Of a DNA stretch of 64,000 nucleotides, positions 25,559 through 40,073 are shown piece by piece (the stretch's first letter is position 1; each line of letters opens with the position of its first letter). Location: the NCBI RefSeq assembly GCF_000150275.1, contig NW_002060966.1, positions 688,880 through 752,879 of the forward strand, given 5' to 3'. The notes under the pieces were generated by a model that was not told where the DNA came from, ran no database searches, and saw nothing but the letters and a program-made list of their open reading frames with translations. The DNA is from Trichoplax adhaerens (taxonomy: Eukaryota > Animalia > Placozoa). The position numbers were made by a program, and so were the translations under genes.

Positions 25559-28500
25559 GTTTACTAAATTTTCTCAAGGCAGTATGTCTTTTTCATGCAT
25601 CAGGTAGTAAAAATGTGATTACGCGTATAATTAACTATACGACAATATCTAACGTACTACTAAAATAAAATATGCCTGGATTGAAATCATTATAACCGCT
25701 CCCAATTTGCCTTTACAGCTATAATAACTTTGTGCATTGATGATCATGATATGGCGACGAATGCAACTGCATGAGTATTAAAAATAGTCACAGTCTGTAA
25801 AACTTGAAATTTAGAAAAACAACCGTCAATTATTCACTTTGAATTTAAATTATAGCCTTTGCTGCTTAGTAACGTAACTCGGAAATTCCCGCCATTGGCT
25901 CTCCTTTGTTAAGATGGCGAAACTAATTCTAGTTGCCCCACCTACTGATTAATTTCCATCGCTTATATATATGGCAAATACTAACATAAAAGGTTATTTC
26001 ACGATACGTCTACAAACGCTCCTGTCAATTTACCGATTATTTGTTTATTTTATTGATATTAGACACTTATTTCAACTCCTTCACAACAATAAAGTCCTAA
26101 AAAAGCCTTAATGGATATAAGCCTGGCAGTATACTTCGTTAGTATGTCTCATCATAGGAATAGCGTGATAAACAAAGACATACAAAATTTAAAATTCATG
26201 GCTATCGAGCATAGAAAGCACCAGAAACTCACGACATACCCATACTGTGGGAAACCAAAATGGATATAACAGTTTTTGTCATAATATAAACGCATTTTCC
26301 TATTGCGTATCTGAAAACCAGCTAATCATTCAACGTAATTTACTGTTCTTATTTTTTAAAGTGACTATAATCTTATTTAAATTTGTTATTATATCATTGT
26401 GTATGCAGGACAGAACTACCTACCGTATGAATTCATCGACCCATAATCATCTCTTATTTAGTAAGGGTAAAAAACCCATTATTCACAGCTTGTGAAAAAA
26501 TGCCTAATTTACAACTAACAGTTACCAAACTTATCACTTTCTATGTATTTTCTATAGTAAAGTAACAATAAATTCAAACTAAAAGCTATAAAAAACTCCG
26601 TTTCAGTCCTTTACTACAAAAAAGTCTGCGAATGCGCGATCGCGAGCTACCCTAATAAATTCACTAGAGTTCAGCTCAATCTATTCAACTTGTCCAATTC
26701 GTATAAGAATATAAAAAATCTGTTTCATAATTGCGTAAAACTGATTTTAAAATGATAGCGCTTTGTATGACTTCTGGATCTAATAATTACCATTAATCAA
26801 GGTCTATGTCAACTCCATTTAAATAGACAATTGAGTGCCCAGTACCAAGCAAAGTAACACTGTTTACTAGTGAATTTATTCTTTACCTTTGTATTACATA
26901 TGTTAGTAAGGTAGATAACTAATACATATTTAAAGTTGTTAGTATGTGTTAAGCATCTATTATATAATATATGTTCTATCATACCTACATAACATAGTTT
27001 TCACGTTTGCTGTTACACATGTGCACGCGTTTTATGTTCGCCTAAAATGTAATTTCACCCAGATAACTTTTGGATAAACATACCTCATTTGTTACTATTT
27101 AATGAGATGTTTATTATTAATAGAACAATTTTTTTAATTTAAAGTTTTGTAGCTCGTTTGAGTAGTTCTTTAGAACTGGTATAATTTTACATTAATCCTT
27201 CCCTTACATTCTATCTCCATTCTGTACTCATACGATCTTACCTTAAGATGACGTACATTGATTTTTGCTTACTGATTTATATTAAGGCAAGTAGTACAAC
27301 ACTTTGGATTATGGAGTTTCTCTTGCAACTGCGATGAGGCGAATAATATTGCCTTAGGCAGAAGAAAAATTCTTGCTTAGGTAAGACTAATGATGCCTCC
27401 CATTTTGATTTGGCTGGCGCAACAGGATAACATGCATTAAAGTTAGGGTTAGGGTTTACAGTAATATGAAAATTTATTTTTGTGACTATAGGTATGCTGG
27501 TTCGAATAGTAGGTTATCACTTTACATGGTATGTGTAACCTACGCACTTGTATAAAGCAGACATCAAGGTAAAAATTTTCACACTACTTCAATAGTAAGT
27601 CATACTTTAGGAGCAACATCAAACACATTAACTCAAATTTAGTTCGATAATGTTATAAATTCAATAAGCATAATGAGGAGGTTTATAGAAAGCATTGGTA
27701 ATCGCTTTGATCAACATATAGTCTTCCATCATTGGAAGATAGGCACTAACTACAGCTGATTTTACCGTTTTAGCAACGAAGATTTGAAACATATCTCGGA
27801 TGTATCCCGTTACTGTTGCGTTAATTAATTTTATACCTAGGGATTATATTATGACAACCACTTAGGAAGCGCTACATGAGATCATCATCACATTCAATCA
27901 ATGTCAAAAAATGTTATGAGTAACAACTGTAGGGATGAGTAATTTATAATGTTATACATTTTTATTCAGTCCTGGTAATATAAATTACTGTCCAATTAAT
28001 TCATAACGATGAAGGTGTGCGTATGACATACCATTACTAAAAGTATATAAAAGATTTTAATGTCAGTCAAATCGCCTAAAAAAAATCCCCTAAAATAATG
28101 CGATGCTGATAGTTACTGTAGTTATGCTTGGGCTACTACACTTATTTATAAGTGCATAAGGCTGTAAGCCGTATAAAAATGATGGCTATATTAATAAACA
28201 AACTGGAATTATTAACTGTGAGTAATATTAATATCAAACAGTTTGGTTATCTTTTATTGGCATCACATTTAGTTGACTGTGACTTATCTCGTATATATAT
28301 CTTGCAGTCAGTCATTGAAAAGAAATACATCAGGGTGGCATTTAGAGGAGCTTTCAATGTTACAGAGTACAAAGTATCATTGATACCCTTTATACGGGCA
28401 AAAGCACATGCAATGAAGATATGTGCTCTTATTCTGCATATATTCCACAGCAAAGTATACAATCTCATTTATTTGCATAAAATTGCAAAGATCTAAGTCA

Positions 28501-30309
28501 TCTTCGCATCATCTAAAGGTGCATGGTAATATTTTTAAAATATAATATGCTAAATAGATCGTCGTAAGTTGATGTTAAAACATTATGTAAGTGTCAGATA
28601 GAGTACAGAAATATAAGTTACTAGATAGTGCATTCATTAATTATTATTGTGAGTATATGGAGATAGCAAGCGTTAGGGAAAGCATGAATGTGAAGTAAAT
28701 TTCACTTCATTCTGTGATACTTTCTTGAATCTATCAAAGCATGTATCACTAGCAATAAAAATAAATAAGCGTAGTCAGAAGCTCCTCATTGAATAATTTG
28801 TTCATTTAATTAAAACAACTAACGATTTAAGATAAAAATTTCAACCATTCTGTTGCATCTATATGTTTCTATACAGCTATCTGGGTTTGCGTTAATATTT
28901 CAGCCTATGGTACAACAATTATATTTCCTGCAGATTTATTCATTCCATTCGATGTACGCGTGTTACAATTTGTAGCCTCATGTTCTGATATCATAGCATA
29001 AGGAATGTAGCTCGTGCAGTAGAAATCATATACAATTATTGAATGGGCTCTTCAATTTTTTAAATCAGACACGAAGGAAGAATTTGTCATTTCACTAAAG
29101 TAGATTTCCTAATATAACCCAGAGCAACTAATTACTGTATACTGAGTATAGTAGAAGAAATTGACTACAGTAACAGATGTGAATATGATATCTTTAGAAC
29201 TATCAAATACGGCTACAGTCTATAATTTCACTTACTAGCACTAAAGTACTATCGAATGGTTTTAATAAAGGCTATTACCGCTAATGAAAATTCTGCAGGC
29301 CTATTTGGGAGGATCTATCATTAATATTGTAAGCTATTACTGAACTTCCTCGATTTCGATCTCATCTGAACCCCTATTGTTGTCTCGAACCAACCTAATA
29401 ATTGGAGGACCTAACATATTAATCGTTAATATATTCATTCAAGGCAGAACTACAGTATATGGTCCAATTGTTGCCATTTACAAAGATAGGTTTTGAATAT
29501 ATCCTATTTACCCTTGACATCATGCACGCAATTTCTTTTTTAAAATCAAAACTAGAACTTTGATTCATTTATATAGAATCGTCGCTTTTTTTACTTGATC
29601 CTCGGTCTCTGGTATATTTCCTGCTGAGTTTCTTGCTACACAATATTCAGATAATCGATTCATCCTGCATACTACAAAAGAAGATGATTAATGATTCGAT
29701 GCATGCGCATGCCTAGGATAAAATGATCTTTTCTGCCTAGAGGCTAAATATAAAAATTGATTTTCGATATATTCTAAGCAAATATCAAGTATGTTTTAGT
29801 GCTACTTTTGCTATTAATCACCATGCTCATTAATACAGTCCACGTATGCTCCAAGGACTCGAATATATTACATAGTGTGAATTACTACAGCAATCTTATT
29901 AAAGAGAACAGAGTCAAACTGGATCGATTAATTAGAAATAATTCTAGTTGAATTAACTAAAGAAATCAAATCAGATTATAATTTTGTGAAATATACTCGT
30001 AGTTATTCCGTAACATCAAGTGTAGAGTTGTATAAAAGATGACCAATAACTAATACTATAAATACTTTCAGAATCAATGCTTATTTCAAGTGAAGAAAAT
30101 TTCTAATCATATCTGTTTGACATTAATAATTTTTGAAATTAGAATAGTACAACGGAAAAGTTATCCAGATAACAATAAATATCCTGAAGATACCGATTTT
30201 AGCGAAGGCTTCTTTCAAATTATTAAAATGATAAAGAAGAATTAAAAGACTCCTTATAAGCGATCATTACGGCTACTTTTGTTCAAGAAGTATACTAAAT
30301 TATACAACA

Positions 30310-32772
30310 ATGCCTATAACTCATCAACCTCCCAATCATTCTAATCGAAGTAGTCCACAAGATGAAGATCACCAAAATCAAATACAACCGATTGTGTGGA
30401 AATCGATTTCATCATGGCATGTGGTACCTCCGAGCTGTCCTCCAGGCTTAGAATACTTATCCCTTATTGATAGAGTCTACATTGTCCATAATGGCTATAA
30501 GAGTAATAGTAAGTTTAGAATCTTGAACCTGATATTACAATTGTTACGATTCGAGATCAAATTCTAAACTATCAACCATTACAGTACCATTCGCAGTCCA
30601 ATAAGTCTTCTTTTTAAATAATTATATGTACAAAAATGATCTTGCACAACTTCAAGCGAATGGATGATAGCCTTTAGCAGTGTATGGCCAGACTGGCCAC
30701 CAGAACTCCTAATTTGCCTGCATTAATGTTATATCATGACTGCATAGTATCATACAACAATAATTACTGTCATAGCATTATAGTGGAGACTACCAGTAAA
30801 AAATTGACTAATTACTAACAGTAGCTGATTATTGCCCACTAAAGTCACTGTGTGTATAAGTGTAATAATATAGAGTATAAGATATCATTAAAGTTTTACT
30901 GTATGGAGTATTAAAAGTTGTACGTATAAAAGCATAATTGTAGTTGAAAAAGTTGAAAAAGTACTAACTGATAGATGAACAAATACATTATCCTTTGTTA
31001 GCTTCTAAAATACGGCATGAACTATTCTAACTAATAACTTACGAGACTCCTATGATGATGAAGTGATAAAATTAATACTATATCATATCTATCAACGATA
31101 CAATGATTTACTTCGAATGATGTCGATGATCTGGTACACATATTGATCCTAATGTTAATGTGCTATACTTTTATAGAAGATTTTTCCAATGACCATTACA
31201 GTTATCACATCAAAGGAAATGATGGGCAAATAATTCTAGGAGCTTGTGGAGGTAACCTGATCGCCAAGCAAATAATTAATCTTTCTATAAGCATTACAAA
31301 GAGTGTCGTAATATCTAGCGTACAATAAGTTACGACTAAGCAATATCTGCATTGGATAATTTATGTATAAACTTCATGTGTGAGCTTTCCATAGCAAATT
31401 TCTATATTACTTATTAGCTACCTGTGAATGTTGTTTGTATCTTACCTGCACTATATGTATTATTAACCTTAATGAATGAATTAACTTCAATTGAATATGG
31501 ACTTCGATTTTATCTTTAATGAAATTGAAATTGTCAGTAAGAGATAGTGTGGGTAACAAGTCACAACTCAGCTGCTATCAAGAATTAATGCTAAGCGATT
31601 GCGATGAAAAGCAAATCGTTCACTTATCGCAAATAGGATATAAGCCTAATGTATTTTGCTGGCTATTCGGTTGGAAGAGCTATAAATTCAACGTGTTTTG
31701 CCCACCAGGCACAAGCATTGGTAGCTTTCAAAAGTAAGTTAATATGAGTAAGAAAAATTTATAAATTTAGTGATAATTAACATGCCTACCTCATTTAATT
31801 CACAACATGTATGGATTAAGGATTATTTAATATTTAGAAAATTTGTAAATTCACGTTAAGATCATATTTCGATTGCTGAAATTAATTTACTTCGATCTCA
31901 TATTGAGTATTTAAAGTTGAAAATAGCTTAATATTACCACAAAATTCTACTGAACTACTAGGCGAATAATTGCATTTGATGCTCCAAGTTAGATATTAAG
32001 ATTTCAGAATTTTCTTATTTTTTCTCTGAAATCAACTGAAATATTTAGAAATAATGAAAAAAGTCAAGATTATTGTATTTATGATACCAAAGAAAATGCA
32101 AGAATATATATAATGGAATCTAGTATTGATCTTCAACAAGCTCAAGTATCAAGGCGAGACAGAAATCATCTACTGAGCTTCTACGAGGTGTTACAATCTC
32201 TCTTGAAAATATAGTAATTATTATCGCATCGTCCTTGCTACTCAAATTGATACGATATATTCCAATACAGAATCATGGACTAGTACTAAATTCCTCAATG
32301 ATTGCACATCGTCGTATTTAGGTTTCAAATTAACCAATGCGCATTCTATCTCCTCGCATATTTGATGATTATTTTAGATCAAAAGAAATCTCTATGGTCA
32401 ACGTATTGGTACCTTAACGAGATCTATCAATGTCACCACCAGTAGGGCTACAATAGAAATTTCCTGTAAGTTCAATGCAATTTTATTATTGATATACAAT
32501 TGATTGAAGGATTATCAGATTTAAGGACTCGGCAAATTTTTAATAATAATATTTAGCATTTATGCATATCTATGCAAGAATTAATTCTAACTTAACTTTT
32601 ATTAATTAAATTTAATTAAATATAGTTCCCAACGAAATGGATGTTCATCTGAAAGCGATTATACTTGGCTTAGCTATCGTTGTACCAATATAACTGAAAC
32701 TCATAGTAATCAATCTTTTTTTTCACAAAATTTCAGTCGCGTATCTACTGGCTATATGACTATAAAGAATAA
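30310..32772 (+). CDS. Phospholipid scramblase-like protein (exons 30310-30508, 31177-31251, 31538-31733, 32049-32187, 32378-32465, 32626-32681, 32737-32772)
   Basis: PLSCR signatures PPSCPPGLEYLSLID, YHIKGNDGQII, VFCPPGTSIG, FPNEMDVHLKAIILG; GT-AG junctions in frame; alternative stop at 32693 if the last intron is retained. Confidence 0.85.
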
Positions 32773-33999
32773 GAGAAATATCACAAAATTTTTAATTGAT
32801 TTCGGAACACAGCATAATGTAAAATTATACGTTTGGTGTCATTTATGATATCTTGCTGATCTTCAACTACACCAACTAATACATCTATCTGATCAGAAAA
32901 ATAATCTAACATGTTTACTACACTGTCATGAAAATAGCATATCATGGACTTCTTGAACTAGTAAAGCAACTATCCTACAGCATTGACGAATCATTTAAAT
33001 ATCATCGTAAGCTAGATTTTCGACAAAAGAGCAGTTCAAAAAATTAAATGACCGTTGTAAATATTCCAATTTCGTATCAGAAAAGCAATTAAAAATTAAT
33101 TAAGCTGAAGTTATCCATGTCAGTAACAGTTCAATAGGTTCCTTTATTTCTATCATTAGCCACATTACTCACACAGTAAAGATAGTCTTTCCCTTCCAAA
33201 AGGGAAAGTTGCTTTATGAAATACCAAAGCATTTATCCAAAAGTTCGAATAAATACTCTATCAATGTCATAATTTTATTGAGATTATATTCATTCGATTC
33301 TAGTCAGTCACTCATCAGGGTTTCAGGTAGTAGTGGCCAGTTATCGGCAGTCATAAGTAATTATAATTGCTTGAGAAGTCTAAGCACCATCGTTAGCGCT
33401 GTTTGATTTTGTTATGTTCAGTAGTGAGATTCATCGTGATCTACATTGTCTCAGTTAGATCGTAAGGTCAAATAATATTCAATGTCGTTTTGGATCATTA
33501 CTTGGTCCAATATAAAGAGTAACCTAGGACTAACAGATATCGGTCAGGTATTGATTACTTGTGTCGAAGTAGTCCAATTAGTACATTAGTCGGGGTACCT
33601 CGAGAATTTCCTGCATCTGCGGATGAATTAGTTCTCATACAATACCTTAAATATACTGAACGGTAACAGGTATATCAATTATATTCACAAAGTAAACAAC
33701 AATCAATAAATTTTAAGCCAAATTAATATCATGCGAAACTTACTAATTTAATTACCATATTATAAGCGCAGAGATTTCGCTTACTTAACGAATTCTTACA
33801 TATAAAATCAGAATTATGCTTTTGTGCTATTGCAACAGGAAAAATTTAATACATACGAGTAAGTACAGAAGCATGATTAAGTTACCACATTGCGGTTGAA
33901 ATAATAATAATAATACCATGTAATTCCAATAAGTTAGTAAGAAATCCAAATATGGCAACCAGAAGAACAGCACTATGTAAAGTACAAGATTTTTAGAAG

Positions 34000-35025
34000 T
34001 GCTAGTGTTTCATGAAGTATTTATGATTTCTCAGCATTGTTTAAAATTTCGCATTAGTCTCGCAAAAAAGCATTATTGATCGTACTACTTCATATATAAC
34101 GGCTTGACCAAAAGAGCAGTATCTTTTATCTAATAAAGCTACATTTGAAATGTGTTCAATTTATTTTGTTGAATCATTTATTGTGTCGTAGACTAATTTG
34201 AACAAAAACACTTTCTACGAGTATTATTAAACAGTAGGAAAGATCGATACGATTAAATTATTTACATCATCAAGCTGTTAAATAGGTAGACTATCTTCTA
34301 CTCGTATAATAGGCCTTATAGAAGTTAATTTAATAAGTAGTGGTAGCTGTGATTAGACATAATATATGCATTGTGAATTATGGAACATCAAGAAAATGAA
34401 ATTTGAAGACATGGCTTAGTAATCTTATTTATATTATATAAAGCCAGCCAAAGAGAGTGATAACTCAGAGATCTTGCTATTCATAATTTTCTGAAGTACA
34501 AATCTAATCGTTCTAGCATAATTCAAGTAAATTAAAATTGAAATAGTTTGAACTACTCCAATAGCTCAAAAACTTTTATGTTTAGAACTTAAAGTAGACT
34601 AATAAAAAGCATTATTCACCGCGCTCCTTAAGATCAAGCAATGGGGCAAAGAGTAGACTTTTTTTATCTAATGATGCTTTATTTAACATGATTTAAACTT
34701 ATTCTTGCAATGTTGTTCATTGTACCGTTTATGAATTTGAAACAAAGATAGCCTCTAATATTAATATTGTATAGATCAATGTACTTGAATTTATTAATAT
34801 TATGTGTTAACTCTAATATCTGCAACCCTTTAAGCTTCAATAAAGGCTGGCTATCTTTTACTCCGGTAGCGCACCATATTGCAGCTAATTCATTAAATAT
34901 TCGTAACTCTGATTAGATGTTACTTATAGAACTTAAAGAAATGAAATCTTAAGACATATCCTTACTTATGTTATATATAGTTATTATAAGCCAAACGTAC
35001 AAATGAAAACTCAGAGATCTTCAAG
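34000..35025. repeat. Diverged ~545-bp tandem duplication
   Basis: Colinear shared blocks aaaaagcattatt, ttttatctaat, aaatgaaat..aagacat, aactcagagatctt at ~545-bp offset. Confidence 0.65.
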
Positions 35026-35140
35026 CAGATGACCATGAAATAGCACACTTATAAATCATTCTGTTAGGCACATAATGTCCCCAATCGGTAATAATAATAT
35101 TGGGCATACTCAAATGCCTTGTACACTGTATGCTATGAAA

Positions 35141-35620
35141 TCATCTAGCCTTCATCAATATCAATCCATCATTTCGCTTCTGAAAACGATTGTGCTTATT
35201 AAAGAAATACAAATTAGCCAATCTCCTCCTAGTATTTTGATCAAATTGCATACATAAGAATGAATTAATAATAGTAGCAATAGCTATAGTTCCAAATGCA
35301 GCATAAATAAAAATGAAATAGGTAAAATTTTTCTCACCCACTTCCTGAGCTGACTTTTGCGTTATAACCAAAGCAAAAGAGGCTGCAAGAAATGACCAAG
35401 GCGTTCAAATATAGCGTACAGTAATAATATTTAGCATTTTTATAAACTTAATTCTTCACAAATGCTGTTCTTTCTGTAGGCCAGACCCAATAGTTTCAGG
35501 TCTAATATAGGATTTCAACTATGCAGTAATTTTCCAATAGTATGTGAAAATAGTTGATGTAGGCAGTAAGTATGATATTAATACAAACAGAATCAAAAAT
35601 AAAGTCAAAAATTTCAAATT
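35141..35620 (-). pseudogene. Rhodopsin-like GPCR pseudogene (TM5-TM7; relic may extend to ~36130)
   Basis: LISYLLPTSTIFTYYWKITA*LKSYIRP...IKFIKMLNIITVRYI*TPWSFLAASFAL...ATIINSFLCMQFDQNTRRR with in-frame stops. Confidence 0.8.
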
Positions 35621-36429
35621 GCCCTAAATGACAACAATACTCCAGTGTAATCACGATGTTAACAATATAGCAGCTTATTCATACTGTAATCATTTTGCTC
35701 TAAAGAATTCGTAACTAAATGATAACAATTAGCAATTAGGCACCTTGTCGACTACATCATACAGAATAGCACTTGAATATATTCCAAAATATAAGCCACA
35801 AGCGAGCTATTCTTTAGTAAAATCACGTATAAAGTATTGTAACTATTTTTTACATTCATAATAAATCTATTTCAATTGGTACAATCGACAAATTATACCG
35901 ACATTTATATTTCAATCTTGATACAGTAAACTTGACTACCGTAATTTCACTGATTTTGAACATTGCTGATACGTGATAATATATCCTGCAATACAAGCAA
36001 GCATATAACCATTTCATGATCTGAATATAGTAAATCCACACTTTATTAGTGCGCTATATTGTAACATTTATAAATACTTTTATTTATCGTCCGGTCTTCG
36101 AAATAATATTAAAATTGAAGCCTAGCATGGAAAATTTTTGTCAGTAATGTAATATCATCACAGTAATTGGATCACAAAATTTCCAGGAGTAATGACCTTC
36201 AAGATTATAAGGGAAGATTTCTACGCAACAAGGAAAAATTTTGTTAATTAAAGTACTTCTAAATTATAATATGACCCACTACATAGCCTGAGATTAAAAC
36301 TATTGCAAAAGGCTATATCTAAACTCTTTCAGTATCGAGAAACTATCACTTATAGATATGCACATATACTCGTAAAGTAACGCACTTCTTGAGTACCTAA
36401 ATCATCAATAACCTGTTACGTTATTCAGC

Positions 36430-36975
36430 GGTCTCGTAACAACAGCGTTTCAAGTAGAAATCCTTGTACAAATTTAGTGACCTTTTCCTAATATTTTGAT
36501 CGAATTTGAATGTATAGGAAAGGATTCACAATAGCACTAATAGCTATATCGCTGAAATATACATAAGCCATAGAAAAATTGATATAATTTGTTTGGCATA
36601 TTTCTTAAGATATCTATAAGTTATAGCTATACCAGAGTATGTTGTATGCAATCGCCAATAAGTTAAAATATAACGCGCCGCAATAATTATATAATTTTTC
36701 GCCTATTTTTAAACTTCTTTTGACATAAATATTGATCTTCTTGCTGATGTATCTGAATATTTCCAGGTCTTATATAGCATTTCAAGTATGTAATAATTTT
36801 GCAATAACTAACAACGATCGATGATGGCAGTGTCTATATAATTATTATAAATACCATGTTTAAGTATAAATCAAAATTTGCTGCCTCTCCATGAACATCA
36901 CAAAACGTTATTTCATCTTGATAGACTCCAGCATAAATAGGTATTGGCAAAGAAGCTAAAGAAAAGACCACAAAT
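36430..36975 (-). pseudogene. Rhodopsin-like GPCR pseudogene (TM4-TM7)
   Basis: SLASLPIPIYAGVYQDEITFCDV...TLPSSIVVSYCKIITYLKCYIRPGNI...AISAIVNPFLY (NPxxY) with stops and frameshifts. Confidence 0.8.
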
Positions 36976-39215
36976 GTTAAGGCTTACGATTTATTCGATA
37001 CCATATGCATGATGTTATGATACATATTGTTTTAGTACACGTGTCTCATACATTTTCAGGAGTAGTTATATGACTATCTGTGATTAGGTTTATTTCGGTT
37101 CGTATCGATACACTTATGAATCATATGAATCTCGTAGAGGACGAGAAGAAAGATAAGTTTACATGTGCTAGTGGAACAGCAACGAGTGTAACAGTCCCTC
37201 TTTCTCGTTTTTAGTGATAACAATAAATATACTTACTAGAAGAATAATAGTCACATGAAATTTATTTGAATGATAAAATAATGAAGTAGATTTAGCAGTT
37301 GTGAAGTAGCGATTAATATCGATTTGATTCACGGCAACGATTGAAATTCAAAATAGATTTACTGTTTTATGATACATTTGAAGACTTACAAACATGATTT
37401 CTAGCACGAAAATCTAAGTTGGGTATCTACATTAACATGCAATCGGCTGCAACAGTGAACGTACAGACTAGATCAGATAAAATGGATACTCAAAATATGC
37501 AATAAGTTGGTATTCGATGGAAAGGAATCTAGAAGTAAAATAAGTAATATCACTGAGTTCACTAAATATCCAAATATTGACGTAGGAAAAACAGCACTAT
37601 TTGTATTTTTATGCCAAAAATATTTCGCCCGAACTTCTCCAACTTGTAACAATAATTATGAACTACTGAAGAGCTATATGCTGTACTATGCTCCATCACA
37701 AGGTATAGCGCACTGTACCTACCATTCTTTACAGTTCTAATTGGTTCATAAAACACGGTATCATATCATAGCCTCTACAAAAACTACTATGGCTTTGGTA
37801 TCGTATTAACGGCATCGAGAATGAATATTTCTGTCCACAAAATTGCTTTCAAACATAGCTTATAATATGGTTCATTCAAATTCAGGGTCCTATATATAAA
37901 TTTTTAATGCTAACTAAGTACTGTTTGATTGTAAATGAAAATTTTGAAAATAAAACATTCGCATCGATGTAAGAGTTGGACCAAAAAAAGCAATGGAATC
38001 CGTAAAGAAAAGTACATCAATTTAATTTAGAGCTGACTGGGCTTCTGCAAGAAATTTACAACACTTAAATGACCCACTCCGCAACCTATTAAAAAGCACT
38101 ATGTATCATATAAACAGGATAATAAAGCTTACAAAATTGAGAGTACCATCTATGGATATTTAGTAAGATGAGCTATACTTGGAGGTTTTAACAGCTTTTA
38201 GAAAGGGTTCTGGATCTTCAATTTTTTTGTTGCACTGTCGCTGACCACTACCTCGTAATACAGTGGATAGATATTGGTTTTTCTGAAATAAGATAATCTT
38301 CTATAGAACATTACGTAGTAATGCTTGAAGTTTTAGCATACTCTCAACGACGTGAATCTCATGATAAATATAGCAGAAATGGCCGAAAAGTATGTATGAA
38401 TATGTTGTCTACGGGAATTAAAGTAGAAGCTACCAGAGTATCACTGTTTTCAAGATGCTTTCAAAGCTGCTGCACGATAATGTTTCATCCTATTAGGATT
38501 TTATCCGTGTAAACGCTAAAATAATTGGAGCCTTATCTATGTTACCCCATTTATTAAAATCAAAGATGTTGATTACTCTACTCTAAATCTTTTTTTAGCA
38601 GTCGCTAGTTCTTAATTATTTATATGCATATTTAAGTGTTATAATTATGCTAGAGATCGTAATAATACTACATTAATCGTACGATTTTGTCATATCTGAG
38701 AAGTAAAATAGAGGAATGTACAAAAATGCAAAGGACGTTCCCTTTCGTTAGTTCAAATCATATGCCAGTAACTATTGGATAAAGCTGATTAGTCGTTCCA
38801 ACTCTAAGGGACGAACTAAATATCTATACAGAATCTGGAAACTCTGCATGTACGTTGTTACTAAATTAGTGCGCAAAGTTATTCAATATGTCTATGATTA
38901 TTTTATATTTCGAACTAAAACACGTGCCTATTATTTATTTAGTGATTCAATCCTATGTCAATGTCGTTAAGAGTAAATTTTACAACGACGCAATTTACAA
39001 CTCAATTCTTAGCAATAGCAATATTGTAACTAAAATAATCAACGTTTATCTTTCCTTTAATAATTGACTATTAAATTCATGCTTAACAGCCTTTATTTAT
39101 TTAATCAATCAACATATGTCTTGCATACGCCTCTTGTAATTTTAAGTTCATATCAAGCCAAAAAATGTTATTAGAAATGCTTTCTTAGGACGTTCAAGCA
39201 AAGAAAATATTAGCA

Positions 39216-40073
39216 ATGAACGTGGCTAGAAAGGAATTCAAAATTGTGACGGCTTCCTTCGCCGATATGGAATGGATTATGAAGATGAGAGCGATTCGAG
39301 GTCGCAATCCTGGACAAAACGATGCAATAACTTATCAATTAGCTGATCCAACAGGTTTCTATGTCGGGTTGCTAAATGGAGAAACTATCGGCTGTGTATC
39401 GGGAATGAAGTATGAAAATTCTATTTTCTGGGGAAATCAAATGGTATTAAAAGAGCATCGCGGTAAAGGCTATGGAAAGAAGCTATTTCAGCATGTGTAT
39501 AATTACGTCAAGGATTTCAAAACTTCAGGATATGATACACTGACTTGTGATGCAGATATTTATGCACACCTTGGTTTTAAAGCCTTCCATCATACTACGC
39601 GATATGTTGGAATAGTTGACAAACTGCAAACTCATTGCCGTAATATCGTTGATGCCAAGAAAGTCCCATTTGAGAAACTTTTAGAGTACGATGCACGTCA
39701 CTCTCCCGATCGCCGAAAATACTTTCTTGCTGCGTGTCTAAATGTAGGAACAGATCGTGCTTTTGTCTATTTGGATAGTAACAGAGATATTCAAGGATTT
39801 GGTGCCATTCGTAAAGCTGTTGATGGTTATAAAATTGCACCTTTATATGCACAAAGTATGGATATAGCTGAACGTTTAATTTACGGTTTGACAGCAACGT
39901 TCGAAAATTGTAAGGTAATGATAGATATACCAACGCCTAACGAAAGTGCTATGAAACTTATCGAAAAATTACAATTACAAGCAACGTTGAATACTGTAAG
40001 AATGTATCTCAATCGGCCCTTCACATACGATGTGAACTCTGTTTATGCAGTCTCTTCGTTGGAAATTGGATGA
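39216..40073 (+). CDS. Tandem GNAT acyltransferase (YitH/HolE-like), copy 1
   Basis: 285-aa intronless ORF; GRNPG..DA..YQLADPTGFYVG, acyl-CoA motif HRGKGYG, GFGAIRKAVDGYKIAPLYA, C-terminal LEIG. Confidence 0.92.
   Translation: MNVARKEFKIVTASFADMEWIMKMRAIRGRNPGQNDAITYQLADPTGFYVGLLNGETIGCVSGMKYENSIFWGNQMVLKEHRGKGYGKKLFQHVYNYVKDFKTSGYDTLTCDADIYAHLGFKAFHHTTRYVGIVDKLQTHCRNIVDAKKVPFEKLLEYDARHSPDRRKYFLAACLNVGTDRAFVYLDSNRDIQGFGAIRKAVDGYKIAPLYAQSMDIAERLIYGLTATFENCKVMIDIPTPNESAMKLIEKLQLQATLNTVRMYLNRPFTYDVNSVYAVSSLEIG

Noticed and set aside
27441-27457. TTAGGG telomere-like repeat
   Set aside because: Only about two units; expected by chance
29560-29680. Minus-strand EYCVARNSAG resembling an Ig I-set C-terminal motif
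   Set aside because: YxC spacing is wrong and no other Ig strands or consistent exons were found
33187-33208. Hairpin ctttccctt-ccaa-aagggaaag as a terminator or Helitron end
   Set aside because: Eukaryotic context; no U-tract, CTRR end or matching 5' terminus
38000-38520. DPEPFLKA resembling a HAD hydrolase motif
   Set aside because: Isolated match; flanking motifs out of frame or absent
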